The notes under the pieces are model-generated. The model was not told the DNA's origin. It worked only from the letters and a program-made list of their open reading frames with translations, and made no database searches. From positions 54,002,001 to 54,066,000 of the forward strand of contig NC_086107.1 of NCBI RefSeq assembly GCF_963921235.1: a stretch of 64,000 nt of DNA. Direction: 5' to 3'. The position numbers and the translations under genes were made by a program. This DNA is from Mobula hypostoma. Taxonomy: Eukaryota. Position 1 is the first letter of the stretch, and each line of letters begins with the position of its first letter. Of the stretch, positions 26,130 to 38,063 are shown one piece after another.

Positions 26130-27836
26130 TGCCTTAAAGCTCTCCACTTCTTTCTCAGTAGAAGAACCAAGTAGTTCCCCTCCACCACCAGGCACGGCTG
26201 ATCCCAACCTGGGGTCCATGGACCCCTCGGCTAATGGCAAGGCTCTATGGCGTAAAAAGAGGTTGGGAGTCTCTGGCCTGACAAATCTGGTCCTCACCCT
26301 CAGCAAATTTTGCTTTGGTTCTAAAATACTTTCTCCAGACTTGAGGGGTAGCCTTGGACACCCACATGGGCCCTAGCTATACCTGCCTTTTCATTGGCTA
26401 CGTAGAACGGTCATGTTCCAAGCCTTCCCCTGTAATGTTCACCAACTTTTCCTCTGCTACATTGATGATTGCATTGTTCCACTTCATGCATCTTTGCTGA
26501 GCTCGTCAATTTCATCAATTTTGTCTCTAACCCTCCACTTAAATTCACTTGGTCCAATTCTGACACCTTCCTCCCCTTTCCTGACCCTCTGTCTCCATCT
26601 CTGGAGACGAACTGTCAAAAGACATCTTTTATAAATCTACTGATTCCTACAGTTATCTTGACTATACCTGTTCGTACGTCTCCTGTAAAAATGCTATTCT
26701 CTTTTCTCAGTTCCTTCGTCTCCACAGCATCTGTTCCCTGCATGCAGCTTTCCTTTCCAGGACACCAGAGATGCTCTTCTTCAAAGGACGGGGTTTTCCT
26801 TGCCCTGATGTTATCCTCACCCGCATCTCTTCCATTCCCTGACATCCTCACTTAACCCATCTTCCTGCCTCCTCAACAGTGATGAGTTCCTCTTGTCCTT
26901 ACCCACCATACCATTAACCTACGCATCCAACACATCATCCTCCACAACTTCTGCCATCCTCACAGGGATCCTACCACTAAACAGTTTACCATCCCCCCCT
27001 CCACTTTCCACAAGGATTACTCCCTCCAATTCTCTTGTCTATTTGTTCCTCTCCACTAACCCCCCACCCCCTACGCAATCCCTCCAACCCCGGCAATTAT
27101 CCCTGCAAGTGGCCAAAGTGCTTCACCTCCTCCCTCGCCTCCGTTAAGGGCCCCATAAACATCATTCCAGGTGAAGCAACACTGCACCTGCGAATCTGCT
27201 GGGGCCATCTATGGTGTCCGGTGCCACCGATGTGGCCTCCTCCACATTGCTGAGACCCATCGTAAACTGGGGACCGCTCCATCAAGCATCCCTGCTCTAT
27301 TCTCTCCAAAAGAGGAACTTCCCAGTAGCCAAATATCTTAATTTTCAGTCCCATTCTTGTTCTGACATGTCAGTCCATGGCCTCTTCTTGTGCCACGATG
27401 AGGCCGTTCTCAGGGTGGAGAAGCAACATCTTAAGTTCCATCTGAGTAACCTCCAGCCTAATGGCTGGAACATCAATTTCTCTTTCCAGTAAAATTAATT
27501 GCTTCCCCCTCTCCCTCCCCACTGCTTCCATTCCTCACTCTGGCACCTTACCTCTTCTCATCTGCCATTATTATTACTTTTTGTATTTGCATAGTTTATT
27601 GTCTTTTGCACTTCGTTCGCTTGTCTGTTCTGTTGGGTGTGGTTGTTCATTGATTCTATTGTGTCTCTTGTAGTTGCTGTGAATGCTCGCAAGAAAATGA
27701 ATCTCAGGGTTGTATATGGTGTCATTATGTACTTTAACAATAAATTCACTACAAAATTTGAAGATAGTTATTCTCATTTTCACAGCCATGATTCGTACCT
27801 CACTCAACTTACCAAAAATAGATTAGCTGGAGATTG

Positions 27837-27996
27837 AGTAAACAGTCGACATTTCAAGCCGAGACCCTTCATCAAGGTCTCAGTCCGAAAAGTCGGCTGT
27901 TTATTCATTTCCACAAATGCTGCCCAGCCTGCTGAGTTCCTCCAGCATTTTGGGTGTGTTGCTTGGATTTCCAGCGTCTGCAGATTTTCTTGTATT
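27837..27996 (+). mobile_element. Older short fold-back Penelope-like tail
   Basis: Imperfect hairpin at about 27837-27906, then a PLE tail. Near-TSD GCTGGAGATTG / GCAGGAGATTG at 27826-27836 and 27997-28007. Confidence 0.65.
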
Positions 27997-28384
27997 GCAG
28001 GAGATTGTTACATTATTGATTGTGGGAGTACAAGTAACTACCACATTTCCTACTTATTACCAGTAACTAGATTACAAAAAGAAACTTCACCGTTTATAAT
28101 ATTTCCGGAGGTCCAAGGTTTGGGTGATCATGACATATGAAGATACATGAGGAGGTTTTATATAAATGCAAGACTCTCTGTAAGTAACAGAGTTATCAAG
28201 CCCCAAACAGTCTTCATCGCCATCACACGTCCATAACACTGCTCATCCAACAGGCATTACAGTCAGTCAAAGTACTGCAGGTTTGAAATGGGTGGAATTG
28301 GGAATTCAGATAAATTTGCCTTTGCTGCCCAGCCAGCTGAATCCTGAGATTATATTTCTGACATAACTTGTCCTGTTTGAATTT

Positions 28385-28865
28385 TAAGAAGCTTCATTCC
28401 AGGAATGAAAGGGTTACCATATGAGGAATGTTTGATGGCTCTGGGTCTGCACTCACTGGAATTCAGATGGATGGGGGTGGAGGGGAATCTCCTTGAAACT
28501 TTTCAAAAGTTGAAAGGCCTAGACAGTGTAGGTGTGGAAAGGATGCTTCCCATGGTGTGGGGGGGGGGGGTCTAGGACAAGTGGGCACAGCCTCAGGATA
28601 GGGGGGCCTCCATTTACAACAGAGATGCAGAGAAATTTCTTTACCCAGAGCGTAGTGAATTTGTGGAATTGATTACCACAGGCAGCTGTGGAGGCCAGGT
28701 CGTTGGATGTACTTAAGGCAGAGCTTCACAGGTTATTGACTGGACATAGCATCAAAGATTATGGGGAGAAGACGGAGGAGGGGAGAAACAATCAGCCATG
28801 ATTGAATGGTGGAGCAGACTCAATGGGCCAAATGGCCTAATTCTGCTCCTATGTCTTATGGTCTA
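28385..28865 (+). mobile_element. CR1 LINE 3' fragment
   Basis: IPGMKGL.YEE.L.ALGL.SLEFR; tail CTCCTATGTCTTATGGTCT. Confidence 0.75.
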
Positions 28866-30774
28866 GGCTAGAAAATTGGAACAGTCTGTTGTTAATTGAC
28901 AAACAAATCTTAAATCTGTACACCAAGGCATGTTTGTACTAATAGCTTTAGATATAGAAATGTTATTGGGTAAATGAATTTAGCATTCTATATGCCCCCA
29001 TATCTCCATGACACTTCTGTCTGTAGCTCAAGAATTTTTAAGCTAGATCTCCCTGCTGTGGACATCTGAAACATTTTTTAAGGCAGTCTTCAATTTAAAA
29101 TAAACATGGTTATACACAGTTTGCTTGCCCCTATTTAGATTTCCTTCTGAGAAAACAGATGGCAGCCTACAGACCCCAATTTACATTTCAATTAATTAAG
29201 TCTTAAGAACACAGTAAAACAGAGAACTGGAGAAAAATCTAAAATCAACTTGGCTGATCCCTGAAAACTAAAAAGTTACCAAACTTCTCTCCTGTAACCT
29301 ACAATTGCTTCTTTCATATGGAATTGTACAACTCTTTTCATTACTGATAAATTACTTGCTTGAAAGCAAAGGTACTATTCTAAAACCCAACCCAGTATTA
29401 ACAAAAAATATTGTCAATGGGTTAGAGTCATGGTTAATTATCAGCATTTTATTCATGGTGTTATGTTCTGCCTATAATCTTACTTTAAAGAAAAACAGTA
29501 TTCAAGGCACTTCTACTCAAATTGCCACATGGCAGCTACTTTTATGGCACAAACCAGATCTCCCCTGACCTGCCTCCATCCATATTTCTTACAGCTGCAC
29601 CAAACAGACATCCAGCATGGATGAACCAGCTCAATTCAATAAGCAAGCCTCATGCTGCCTAATAAGGCACTACTAGACAACAGACTTCTTCATTTTTTAA
29701 AATCTCTCTGATATATGTAGCGTGTACTTGAAGAGCTATGACTTGCAGAGTCAAGGACCGAGTGGTGGAAAACTGAGTTTGGCTGGACTGCTTTTTTTTT
29801 TGTGTTGATGTGGAATAGTATTATGGTAAACTTTATGAATGTTGCCATTACCAACCCTAACTCACAAAGGCCAAAGTTAGAGACAGCACCAAGCTTAAGA
29901 ACACCCCTCAAAGAAAAGGTATTAAATTTGTTTACAGCGACTTTGACTTTGCCTTTAGTACAACAGTCTTCATCTAAACCACCAATAATGTTCTTAAATA
30001 ATTATTCAAAATATAAACTTTGCAGCTTCTTTTTGTTTCATTTCAGAAGAAAATGTTAATTTCCCCCCCAGTTTTAGTGCCACAAATCCTACTCTTGCCT
30101 CATCCGAACACACTGAACAACGTATGGAATGATCAAGAATAACTGTTTATTGCAATGCAAACCTGCTGCCAAGTACACAGACAAACTAACACACCGTATA
30201 ATCATCTAAAAAATACGTCTCATTGGTGACGATCTGAAGTTGAGCCACTCTTGCCCTTTTTAAGATCCCGGTTTAAATGGTGTTCTTTATCAACACCTTA
30301 CTTTCAGATTTCTGTTATGTCATTTTATTCGTTTCCGAAATTGCTTCTTACGACAGTATGTATCAACATGTCATGTCTAACCTTAAAGCACCGGAAGTCT
30401 AAACTTCACAATCCAACGATAAGATAATTTCTTTATGAGAAATTATCAACAACAAATCCAGATCCAATTCCCATTTTCCCCAAAGTGCTCGCTAAAAGCG
30501 AATCCCCAGTTATTTCAACATGCAAAGATTTCTCCGCCTCAAAGATCTTCATACTCCAAGACGATTTTAAGATACAAGTATTCGGCCCAGTCAAGGGACC
30601 TTCACAACCCCTTCCCTCCTCCAATCCAAAGCTCTCGAAATCGAGCCAAGGCCTGGACCGCGATTCTGAATTTCTGCCCACTCTCTTCCAGCAAGACTCC
30701 ATTAAATCTCACGCTTATCATAACCCTTGCACTACTCTTTATTCCCCCTGCTTCCAGAACTCGTGCTCACCCAC

Positions 30775-30828
30775 CTGATTAAACTCTTCATCCGCGTAAA
30801 TATCGATTAAATCAGCTCCCTCGGCCAT
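30775..30828 (-). CDS. CPSF7: CPSF7 (CFIm59) coding exon 1, MAEGADLIDIYADEEFNQ
   Basis: ATG at 30828, 54 nt, donor CAG|GTGGGT. Peptide matches the CPSF7 N-terminus as recalled (MSEGVDLIDIYADEEFNQ). Head-to-head with SDHAF2 as in human. Confidence 0.92.
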
Positions 30829-31058
30829 TCCCCCAGCCGCGCCGCACCGTACCGCGCGAACAGGGACAATTAAACAACCGGATGCCTTTCAGGGACGAAC
30901 CAAACTGCGGAGGCAATACGGACCCAATTGCCTGTGACACAGTGCACTTCCGGTCCTGAATCAGTAAGCTGGGTTTCGGCTTTTATCAGGTCTCAGGTCG
31001 GCCTTGCTGCTTCGTATTGCTCTGGGCTCTGCCACGTTTGTAACTACACAGGTGTAAA
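30829..31058. promoter_or_regulatory. Compact bidirectional promoter and 5'UTRs shared by CPSF7 and SDHAF2
   Basis: 230 bp between divergent ATGs, locally CpG-rich, ETS/GABP-type CACTTCCGG at about 30945-30953. Confidence 0.75.
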
Positions 31059-31076
31059 ATGTCGATTGTGCGCAAT
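31059..31076 (+). CDS. SDHAF2: SDHAF2 coding exon 1 (MSIVRN)
   Basis: AAAATG context, strong donor AAT|GTGAGT, phase 0 compatible with exon 2. Too short for homology, so it rests on position and phase. Confidence 0.7.
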
Positions 31077-32589
31077 GTGAGTAAAACCTTCAACAACAAA
31101 AATACTCAGAAAGTGACTTGGCATTCAAGTTTCCGTTCACTAACGACGGTGAGATTGACGGGTCATTTCACCTGAATGTCACCGGGGACTAACATTTCAT
31201 ATTTTGACATATCGGGCCTGCACACCCCCCCCCGCCCGCTTTTGTTATCTAAGCAAATGATAGATATACTTAACAGATCGATTAGCTGAAGGAGTACGTA
31301 ACAGATTCTAGACATTTAAACTAAAGTATTCAAGAACACACAGAGACTCAAGAAAATCTAAAACAGTCCCTTAAAAGCCGAATCTAGGTTTATTATTTTT
31401 AAATAAAATAATAAATTATTGCAAGATTCGGTTAAAGCAACTGAATGGCGAACAAGTAAAAATTAATTTTTAATCACCTAATTTCAGTTTAATTGTGTCT
31501 TGCACTCAGTCATGCAGAATAGAAACATTCTATGCTGTAGTATTTCAAGTGGTGATCCAAATATTAAGTGTTCACTATCTGCCCTGCCTCAGCAGAGAGT
31601 TCTAGATATTTTCTTCTCTTCAGTGTGTCTCCCCTCTAAATCTCTTAACTTAAATCTATGATGTCATAATTATGAAAGAGAAAGGTTTCTTATTGCCCCT
31701 CAAATTTTGTACTCAATTCCACCACTTCAGCATTTTTGACTTAGTCATTTTGAAATACAAGACCCCTATAGAGTTTAATTTCACCTGTTTATTTTTTTTA
31801 CCAACTCCTCAATATTGTTGGTAGCTGAAAACTACCCTCCTCACTATCAACAAAGCTTCCAATCTTTGTGTCAACTGCAAACATACTGTCACTTCTCTGC
31901 ATTTTCGTCCAGATTGTCAAGAGGAAACAATAAGTGGCCCAGCATTGATCACTTCATTAAATCACCACAAGTTTTTAGAAAAAAAAACTCCCAAACATCA
32001 CCTTGTATTTCTTATCACCAAAGCAATTTCAGGCTTAATTTACCAAATTGCCCTCAACCCATGAGCTTTTAATCTTTCAGATGAATCTCCCTGTGGAACC
32101 TCATTCAAAAATCATTTTGAAGTCCATGTAGAGCATATCAACACTACTACCTTAATCGCCTTCTCAGGGAGAAAATCAAATTAGTCAGACAAGACAGCTA
32201 TGCTGACTATGCTTGATCAATCACTGCATCTCAAGTGTAGATTGAAGTTGTCCTTAATATTTTTCTAAAATTATTTCCCTACAGTCAGTGCTGCACCCTG
32301 CCTCTAATTACTTGCTGCCCTTCCTAAATTAGGGTACCACATAGAATGCTCCAGTGTGGCCAGAGAAGATTTGAAATTTTTGTCAGAGCACCAGCAATCT
32401 TGTCTTTTAGTGTTTTTGGATCCCTCTGATCAGGCCCTAGGGATTTATCCACCGTTAAACCTGCTAAGACATAAAATGGTAATTTCAGTTGCAATTTGTC
32501 GTAGAACTCTGCCACCCCCCACCCCTGAATTCCCAAGTACAATGTCTTTCTCCACTGTGAATACAGATAGGAAGAATTCATGTGAAATC

Positions 32590-32975
32590 TCACCTTCATC
32601 AAATAAACTCTTCTAGGGCTTCCAGCTGGGTGCACATAATTGGTTTCACCGATGTTTCAATGACAAACTCTGCAATCTTTATCAGGGATAATGCCTAGGC
32701 ATATCTAGTCTGATGATATATACACCCCTGTTGTCCATCACTCCTGATTGGTTAGTCCCCATCCAATCAGGTTTTTGTTGTCCCACCTTGTTTACAATCA
32801 AATTCCAGTTTTTACTCAGAGCAAGACCTTCATCTTTGTTAAAATTCTTTTTCTCTGGTTTTATTTCAATGGCTTCCTTCACCAGGTGGTCCCAAAAGCC
32901 ATTGGCGTGGCACAATAGTTTTGTGCCGTTGAAGTCAATCGTATGGCCTGTAGTGTTCTGCTACTGCCGATTATC
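32590..32975 (-). mobile_element. Second Penelope-like family (Poseidon/Penelope-type GIY-YIG C-terminus plus 3'UTR)
   Basis: SAVAEH..GHTIDFNGTKLL..LVKEAIEI....NFNKDEG..LS..W, with a decayed CTGATAA...GAAACATC hammerhead core. Confidence 0.72.
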
Positions 32976-33659
32976 ACTTTGGTTCCTAATGGACTATTCC
33001 CTTTCCCAGTTTATCTTTTTGCCCTTTTGTATAATTGTAAAATGCTTAGGGATTTGCATAACCTTGCCTGTCATTGCCATGTGGCATTTTCTGTTTCCCT
33101 TATAATTACTTTGAAGTTTCCCCCTAAATGTTCTATACTGTGGTTGGTAGGTCCTAACCTGTTTTCAGTTCTCTAAACCTGCACAAGGTACCTTTATTTT
33201 CTTTATTCAACCCTTGATTTGACATCCATGATCCCTTGTATTTGTTAGCTTTGTCTTTCACCATTAGGGGAACACAAGTAAACACATTGACCTTGAGTTC
33301 TCACTGTTTAATTTTTGAATGCCTCACACTGGTTGCATGTAAGCTTAACTGCAAGTAGCTGCCCACAATCTCCTTTGCCAGGTCGTGCCCTATCATATTC
33401 ATATTAGCCATGCCCCAGTTCAGGAGCTTAATTTCTGATCTACCCTTGCCTTTTTCTGTAACAATCTTGAAACTCAGTATCTCAAAAATATTCTCATTGT
33501 CCCGAAAATTAGATCCAGTTTTGCCCCTTCGGTCACAGGCCTATCTACTGGCTCTTAGAGTCCTCCTGAATGCACTTTCAAAAAATCCTACCTGCCACTA
33601 CATTAAAGCAGTTAATAGCAGAGAATTTGTAAAGATTAAAATCCCTAACACGACTTGAA

Positions 33660-34245
33660 TAAAAAAACAGGAATGTAATGTGGAGGCTTTATAAGACATT
33701 GGTCAGATCACATCTGGAGTACTGTGAGCCGTTTTGGGCCCCTTGTCGAGGAAAGGATTTGCTAGTAATTGGAAGCGGTCCAGAAGAGGCCTACTATAAT
33801 TATCCCGGGGATGAAAGGGTTAACATGTGAGGATCACTTGATGGCTCTGAGCCTATACTTACTGGAGTTTAAAAGAATGAGAAGGGATCTCATTGAAACC
33901 TATAGAATACTGAAAGACCTAGATAGAGTGGACATGGAGAGGATGTTTCCTGTAGTGGGACAATCTAGGACTGTGAGGCACAGCCTCAAAATACAGAGAC
34001 ATCCCTTTAGAAATAAAGGGGAATTTCTTTAGCCAGAGGATGGCGAATCTGTGAAATTCATTGCCACAGACAGCTGGGTACGTTTAAAGTAGAGGTTAAT
34101 AGGTTCTCGATTAGTAAGGGTGGCAAATGTTATAAGAAGGCAGGAGAATGGGGTTGAGAGGAATAATAAATCAGCCATGATGGAATAGTGCAACAGACTT
34201 GATGGGCTAAATGGACTAATTTTGCTTCTATGTCTTATGGTCTAT
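33660..34245 (+). mobile_element. CR1 LINE 3' fragment
   Basis: HLEYCE.FW, RMRRDLIETYRIL; tail TATGTCTTATGGTCT. Confidence 0.78.
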
Positions 34246-35085
34246 TATATTTTCACTATGATTTTCCTTGCATATCTGTTCCTCGATATGCTGCTGATTA
34301 TTTGGAAGCCCGGAGCTGTCCCCAGAAAAGTGATTTGTATCCTTTTATTTTTCTGAACCTTGTCTATGTGATCTCATTTGAATAACTTCCTAGGTATACT
34401 CTCTCCTCATTATAGTTTTTATTCAACATTAGTCTGTTCCTCACCTTTGCTGTCCCCCTATCCCTACTTAGTATTCCTTTTCCCAGTCTCACTTCACTTT
34501 TCTTCCATACTTGTCTGTGCCTCATCCATTGCTGTATTCATACTGTGTCAAATTTCCCAGCCAAATTCATTTAAGTTCTTCTCAACATTCAAACCTGGGG
34601 TTTTGAACCAGAGTCTCAAGATCCTTTTTCTACATTTTTATGAAAGCTATTTGCAATGAATTTAGTAGATAACAAGGTGATGCAAGATTATGCTTGTTTG
34701 GCCAAAAAATGTAACTTTACTGTTAATCAGAGTCCTGGAAATTTAAAGAGATTATCTGAAATGCATGGTTCAAAAGAATTTCAGGTCCTTAAACTACATG
34801 AAATATCTAAAGTTTCCTTCAAATAAATCAAATTATTTCATCTTTTTATATATGCAACATTAATAATTATAGTCCAAAGTACTATTTGTAACTATGTAAA
34901 TTTCCTTTGGTTTAAAATATACACGGATCCTATCCAAGATTATCTGATAGTAAATTTGTAAAATTTTGATAGAAAATAGAAAGTGGCTACTTTTTAGTGA
35001 CATCATCAGTTGAAAATGGAAAATTTTGCTGAAGATATTGGTTTTGATTTTTTTGCATTTCAAGTGAAAAATGAATAAATATTCT

Positions 35086-35755
35086 ATAAGACATAGAAGC
35101 AGAATTAAGCCATTTGGCTCATCGAGTCTGCTTCACCATTCAATCATGGCTGATCCTTTTTCCCCTCCTCAGCCCCAGTTCCCGGCCTACTCCTAGTAAC
35201 CTTTGATGCCGTGGTAAATCAAGAACCTATCAATCTCTGCCCTAAATACACTCAATGACCTGGCCTCCACAGCTGCATGTGGTAACAAATTCCACAAATT
35301 CACCACCCTCGAACGAAGGAGATTTCTCTGCATCTCCGTTTTAAATGCACACCCATCTATCCTGAGGCTGTGCCCTCTTGTCCTAGACTCTCCCACCATG
35401 GGAAACATCCTTTCCGCATCTACTCTGTCTAGGCCTGAACATTCAGTAGGTTTCAATGAGACCCCCCCCCCACCCCCGTCCTTCTAAATTCCAGTGAGTA
35501 CAGGCCCAGAAATATCCGTCCAATGACAACACTTCCTTTCTGAGATATGGGGCCCAAAACTGTTGACAATACAGTATTATAAGTGCAGCCTGACTAGTGT
35601 CTTATAAAGGCTCAGCATTGTCTCCTTGCTTTTAGGTTCTACTCCCCTTGAAATAAATGCCAACACTGCATTTGCCTTCTTTTCCACGGACTCAACCTGT
35701 AAATTAAGGAAGTCTTCTGGAAGTCTTGCACAAGGACTCCTAAGTCCCTCTGCAC
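35086..35755 (-). mobile_element. CR1 LINE 3' fragment
   Basis: GLDRVDAERMFPMVGESRTRGHSL...RVVNLWN.LP. Confidence 0.78.
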
Positions 35756-35865
35756 GAATACCATATCCTTGTCATGGAATCCAACAAATCTTTTAGACAT
35801 GATCAGCTAAAGCTTCTTACAAGCTTCTGCCTGTATCCTAACCCACCCCATGTCTCACCTGACTA

Positions 35866-36712
35866 CACTCAGTAGCCACTTTATTAGGTGCACCTGTGTG
35901 TTAATGCAAAGAGAAGCATGCAGACTGATCAAGAGTGTATGTTTGTGGTCTTCTGCTGCTGTAACCCATTCATTTCATGGTTGGATGTGTTGTGTGTTCA
36001 GAGATGCCCTTCTGCTCACCACTGTTGTAACATGTGGTTACTTGAGTTAGTCGCCTTCCTGTCAGCTTGAACCCGTCTGGCCATTCTCCTCTGACCTTTC
36101 TCATTAAAAAAGCATTTTCACCCACAGAACTGCCACTCACTGGGTTTTTTTTGTTATTTTCAACATTCCCTGTAAACTCTGGATACTATTGTGTGTGGAA
36201 ATCCTCGGAGATCAACAGTTTCTGAGATACTCAAACCACCTCACCTGGCACCAACAATCATTCCACAGTCAACAGTGCTTGGATCACATTTCTTCCCCAT
36301 TCTGATGTTTGGTTTGAATGACAACTGAACCACTTGACCATGTCTGCATGTTTTAATGCATTGGGTTGCTGCCACGTGATTGATAAGATGGGTGGCACGG
36401 TGGCGTAGTGGTTAGCGCAACACTTTACAGTACTGGCAACCCAGGTTCAATTCCAGCTGCTGCCAGTAAGTATGTTTTACCCGTGACTCTGTGGGTTTCC
36501 TCCCACAGTCCAAAGATGTATTGACTGGTAGTTAAATTAGTCATTGTAAATTGTGCTGTGATTGGGCTAGGACTAAATCGGGATTACTGGTTGGCACAGT
36601 TCAAAGGACTGGAAGGGCCTATTCCATGCTGTATCTCAATAAAAATAAATCTTAAAATATTTGCATTTTTGAGCAGGTGTATAGGTGTACCTAATAAATT
36701 GGCCACTGAGTA
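35866..36712 (-). mobile_element. Non-autonomous Tc1-like element with both TIRs; tRNA-SINE nested at about 36390-36650
   Basis: TIRs CACTCAGTAGCCACTTTATTAGGTGCACCT / AGGTGTACCTAATAAATTGGCCACTGAGTA flanked by TA. SINE A-box TGGCGTAGTGG and B-box GGTTCAATTCC. Ends 60 bp before SDHAF2 exon 2. Confidence 0.8.
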
Positions 36713-36772
36713 TATTTAAAAGTGTAATTAAATATGTATAGGCTAAAAGACTTTCCATCTTGTTTTCTATAG

Positions 36773-36990
36773 GTTTGGTGCCTGACCAGAGAAAGAGTTG
36801 CACAGGCCATACTTGGTGCTTCCCCTATCAGAGCATATCGTGGTGATACTGATGATCATTTAACAGATATCATACAAATACCACTGCCTCCATGGGAAGA
36901 GCGAACAAATGAGCCACTGGACACAAAGCGAGCACGTCTGCTATACGAGAGCCGTAAGCGTGGAATGTTAGAGAATTGCATCTTACTGAG
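36773..36990 (+). CDS. SDHAF2: SDHAF2 coding exon 2 (VWCLTRE...[38 protein letters not shown])
   Basis: Acceptor ttctatag|GTT, donor AG|GTAAAA, 218 nt. [16 protein letters not shown] is the Sdh5/SdhE RGxxE signature. Confidence 0.96.
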
Positions 36991-38006
36991 GTAAAAGTGG
37001 TCCTTAAATTTGAAGATAGATAAACCCTATTGAGTTACGATTTGATAAGGTATTGTTCTCTAATTGTGTTTCTTTTCCTGGTGCCATTCTGTCTTGTTAG
37101 TTGATACACTAACATTCAAAAAAATCTGGCAAGCTGTAAACTTTGGTGTGGCAGGACTAGCAGGTATTTTGGACTAGTGGATGTTATTCATTTTAATACC
37201 TCATTCCTCTTTTAATTCGGTGTTTAACTGTTACACCGAATGATTAGTTTTCCAGATATGAAAAGGTAAGAATTGGAGCCTCAGCAGGTGAAAAAAGAGT
37301 GTTAGAACTGAGGTCCAGTGAGCAGATAGGTAGTACAGCAAGTATTACCTGGTGAGTCAGATGCCAAACCATCAAGAATTCTTAATAGTTTGATAGCAGA
37401 TTCCCAGGATTTTACTGCATTCCACATCTTGTTCTGACCTGAGTGTCATTTGAGAAACTGCAGAGTCTGTTTATTTCTACATTTGAATTCACCTGAAAGT
37501 ATTTTCTATTGGTACTACTGCCTCAAATACAATGTATTTTTGTATTCAGTTAACAAAAATAAAGATTTGTAGCACAAATTTACAACTAGAAGCATCATTG
37601 TGGGGTAGACTAAACCCTCGATGAATCTGTTGTGTAAATTGGATTACTATAACTTACCATTTAGAGCTATTTATGTGATAGAACTTCATTGCTTGAAATA
37701 TAAAATTCTACATAAATTGATATTAACATAAAAACAGTTACCCAAGAATTCATGAATTATTTTGTAAGTACTAAACAAAAAATAATTTCATGCTACTGGA
37801 AAAAGAAAAATTAATGAAAATACAGATAATTGCAAGGAATCCTATTTTTACTACCTTTTACTTATTAGGGAAGATGTTAATCTGATTGGTGTCAGAAACA
37901 TTTGGCACTTTACAGTTAGTTTAACTCAGTTGCTAACAATCTCATCCAGTGTTGAAATGTGTTTTAAAACTGAACACCAAAGTTTATATGTAGAATGAAA
38001 TTTATT

Positions 38007-38042
38007 GTGCTCGCTTCAGCAGCACATATACTAAAATTGGAA
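38007..38042 (+). pseudogene. 3'-truncated U6 snRNA retro-fragment with 10-bp target-site duplication
   Basis: GTGCTCGCTTCAGCAGCACATATACTAAAATTGGAA equals U6 nt 1-36 with one mismatch. GAAATTTATT is repeated at 37997-38006 and 38040-38049. Confidence 0.93.
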
Positions 38043-38063
38043 ATTTATTATTTTACATTTCAG

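Larger units (their letters stand above)
25141..27560 (+). mobile_element. Degenerate Penelope-like element (RT plus GIY-YIG endonuclease), split by fold-back C
   Basis: FTMDVQSLYTSI (about 25200), GVA.GT-like motif (about 26345), YIDD (about 26460), LQPNGWNINFS C-terminus (about 27450-27490). Many frameshifts. Confidence 0.8.

Noticed and set aside
25260-26137. Mirror ORFs (e.g. 25260-25649 minus, 25805-26137 plus; also 2837-3133 and 2998-3306) as duplicated genes
   Set aside because: They are translations of low-complexity PLE 3'UTR palindrome arms.
38007-38042. Functional U6 gene
   Set aside because: Only the first 36 nt are present; it lacks the ACAGAGA box, the ISL, the terminator and evident PSE/TATA elements, and it is flanked by a TSD.
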